Positions 62,414-64,000 of a stretch of DNA of 64,000 bases are shown piece after piece (position 1 is the stretch's first letter; every line of letters starts with the position of its first letter). Location: positions 10,756 to 74,755 of the forward strand of contig JAADHC010000054.1 of NCBI GenBank assembly GCA_013152085.1, read 5' to 3'. The notes beneath the pieces were generated by a model. The model was not told the origin of the DNA, did no database searches, and worked only from the letters and a program-made list of their open reading frames with translations. The position numbers were made by a program, and so were the translations under genes. The DNA is from Chlorobiota bacterium. Its GTDB lineage: Bacteria > Bacteroidota > Bacteroidia > Bacteroidales > VadinHA17.

Positions 62414-64000
62414 TTATACTGCGGGAATTCGTCCCACAACCTTGCATGATTCGGCTACAGCTTTTTCCAGGTCAAATCCTTCATCAAAAGATTTTCCTCT
62501 CTGGACTTTTTCTTCGTAGAGTGCACGGAAATGTTTAAGGCTGGTAATGACAGGATTGGCAGCAGTCTGGCCCAGACCGCAACGGTTGATGGACATGATC
62601 TTCGTCCACTGCTCCAGGTCGTCAATATCTTTCCAAACACCATGTCCACCGAGAATTTTTTCAAGTTTTTGTTTCAATAAATAGGGAACATTACGGCATG
62701 GGACACACGATCCGCAGGATTCTTCGACAAAAAAATTCATGAAGTTCAGCACCACATCCCGGATCAGATCCCGGGAATGATTGAAGATCATGAACGATCC
62801 GCCTGTTGCCAGATCTTCGTAAGCAATTTCACGGTCAAACTCTTCGGGACCGATCAGGTTTCCCGAAGGTCCGCCGACCTGTACGGCCTGGACATCATCT
62901 GCACCGACCATATCAAGAATATCATTTACACTATAACCCCATTCCATTTCATAGATACCCGGATAACGGCAATCCCCCGAAATACTCAGGACTTTTGTTC
63001 CTCTCGACTCTTTTGTTCCCAACGACCGGTACCATTCACTTCCGAATTTCATGATCTTTACGGCAGTACATAAGGTTTCGACATTGTTAACAACGGTAGG
63101 CATCCCCAGGTATCCTTTTTCAACCGGAAAAGGAGGTCTGGATCTGGGTTCCCCTCTTTTCCCTTCGGCGGATTCAAGTAAAGCTGATTCTTCCCCACAC
63201 ACGTAAGCACCGGCACCATACTGGATCCGGATATCAAAATCGAATCCCTGAATACCGGCAATGTCTTTTCCGAGCAGATTTTTTTTACGCATTTCTGCAA
63301 GCACATGTTCCAGGTATTTATGAAGATATTTATATTCGAACCGGATGTACAAAATACCTTCAACCGCACCTATGGCATAGCCGGCGAGTACCATTCCTTC
63401 GAACATTAGTTCGGGGAGTTCTGTAAGGATCACACGGTCTTTGAATGTTCCGGGTTCCCCTTCATCGGCATTGCAGAAGATATATTTTTTTTCACCTTTT
63501 GCACTGCGACAGAACTCCCATTTCATTCCGGTGGGAAAACCGGCGCCGCCCCTGCCACGTATCTGGGAAAGTTTAATTTCCCAGATCACCTCTTCAGGAG
63601 ACATATGAGGAATACGTTTTCGTAATATATCCCCGGCTTTATAATTTTCATCAAGAATAGGTCCACGCCTGTGTACATTATTCCTGACTTCTGAACGGAT
63701 CAGTTTCGATGCATTCATTCCGCCACCATATCCGGAAGTGCTTAATTCCTCGAGGGATTTTCCGGCTTTGATGTACCGGATGATTTCCCGTGCCCTGAAA
63801 GGAGTAAGACGTGTGAAAACCCTGCTGTTGATCAATGCGGCAGGCTCCTGATCACTCATGCCGATACAGGCGGTCGGGAAAAGGCCGATGAGTCTGTCTT
63901 CGCTGACTTCTCCAAACCGGCAACCGGCTTCTTCTTCAAAAGCCCTGGCCACCTTTTCGCGTCCCATCATTTGTGCAACCACGCTATTGTTGAGAAAAAT
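62414..64000 (-). CDS. hoxF: NAD-reducing hydrogenase diaphorase flavin subunit (NuoE/NuoF-like fusion); 5' end lies beyond the window
   Basis: CIGMSDQEPA, RGRGGAGFPTG, NADEGEPGTFKDR, GAGAYVCGEE, ESCGSCVPCR; frame open to 64000 (IFLNNSVVAQMMG). Confidence 0.92.
   Translation of the reverse strand: MFLNNSVVAQMMGREKVARAFEEEAGCRFGEVSEDRLIGLFPTACIGMSDQEPAALINSRVFTRLTPFRAREIIRYIKAGKSLEELSTSGYGGGMNASKLIRSEVRNNVHRRGPILDENYKAGDILRKRIPHMSPEEVIWEIKLSQIRGRGGAGFPTGMKWEFCRSAKGEKKYIFCNADEGEPGTFKDRVILTELPELMFEGMVLAGYAIGAVEGILYIRFEYKYLHKYLEHVLAEMRKKNLLGKDIAGIQGFDFDIRIQYGAGAYVCGEESALLESAEGKRGEPRSRPPFPVEKGYLGMPTVVNNVETLCTAVKIMKFGSEWYRSLGTKESRGTKVLSISGDCRYPGIYEMEWGYSVNDILDMVGADDVQAVQVGGPSGNLIGPEEFDREIAYEDLATGGSFMIFNHSRDLIRDVVLNFMNFFVEESCGSCVPCRNVPYLLKQKLEKILGGHGVWKDIDDLEQWTKIMSINRCGLGQTAANPVITSLKHFRALYEEKVQRGKSFDEGFDLEKAVAESCKVVGRIPAV

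Overview
This is a mostly core-chromosomal window from a Bacteroidota genome, probably an anaerobic member of the Bacteroidales. The assignment rests on porT, a T9SS-type C-terminal domain, TAnnTTTG promoters and the rpsU-xerC-hpf-tRNA-tuf synteny. From left to right it holds: two tandem VPS10/BNR beta-propeller proteins; a lamin-tail/Ig/OB-fold surface protein; housekeeping genes (purL, menG, porT, tamL, pyk, comEA); the rpsU-xerC-hpf-tRNA-tuf-secE-nusG-rplKAJL-rpoBC cluster; a sulfatase; an etfBA/Fe-S oxidoreductase/acyl-CoA dehydrogenase operon; DUF2520-kdsC-ubiA-maf-S46 peptidase; a nikR-tsaA-nickel permease operon; a frameshifted secreted tail-fibre-like (YadA-head/S74) gene; and a group 3d hoxFUYHW hydrogenase operon that runs off the right end. 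The most unusual signals are: (1) a duplicated 5' half of tRNA-Gly whose D-loop carries a precise 106-bp TCCCGA...TCGGGA double-hairpin insertion; (2) a GTGTTA-N16-TAACAC operator directly before nikR, in an operon that includes a TsaA/TrmO-like gene; (3) a mosaic, repeat-built, signal-peptide-bearing S74 tail-fibre-like gene broken by a small frameshift and flanked by REP-like palindrome clusters; (4) Cys-to-Ser loss in one CCG domain; (5) strong Shine-Dalgarno sites on hpf and the hox genes. All calls come from reading motifs by eye; no database searches were run.
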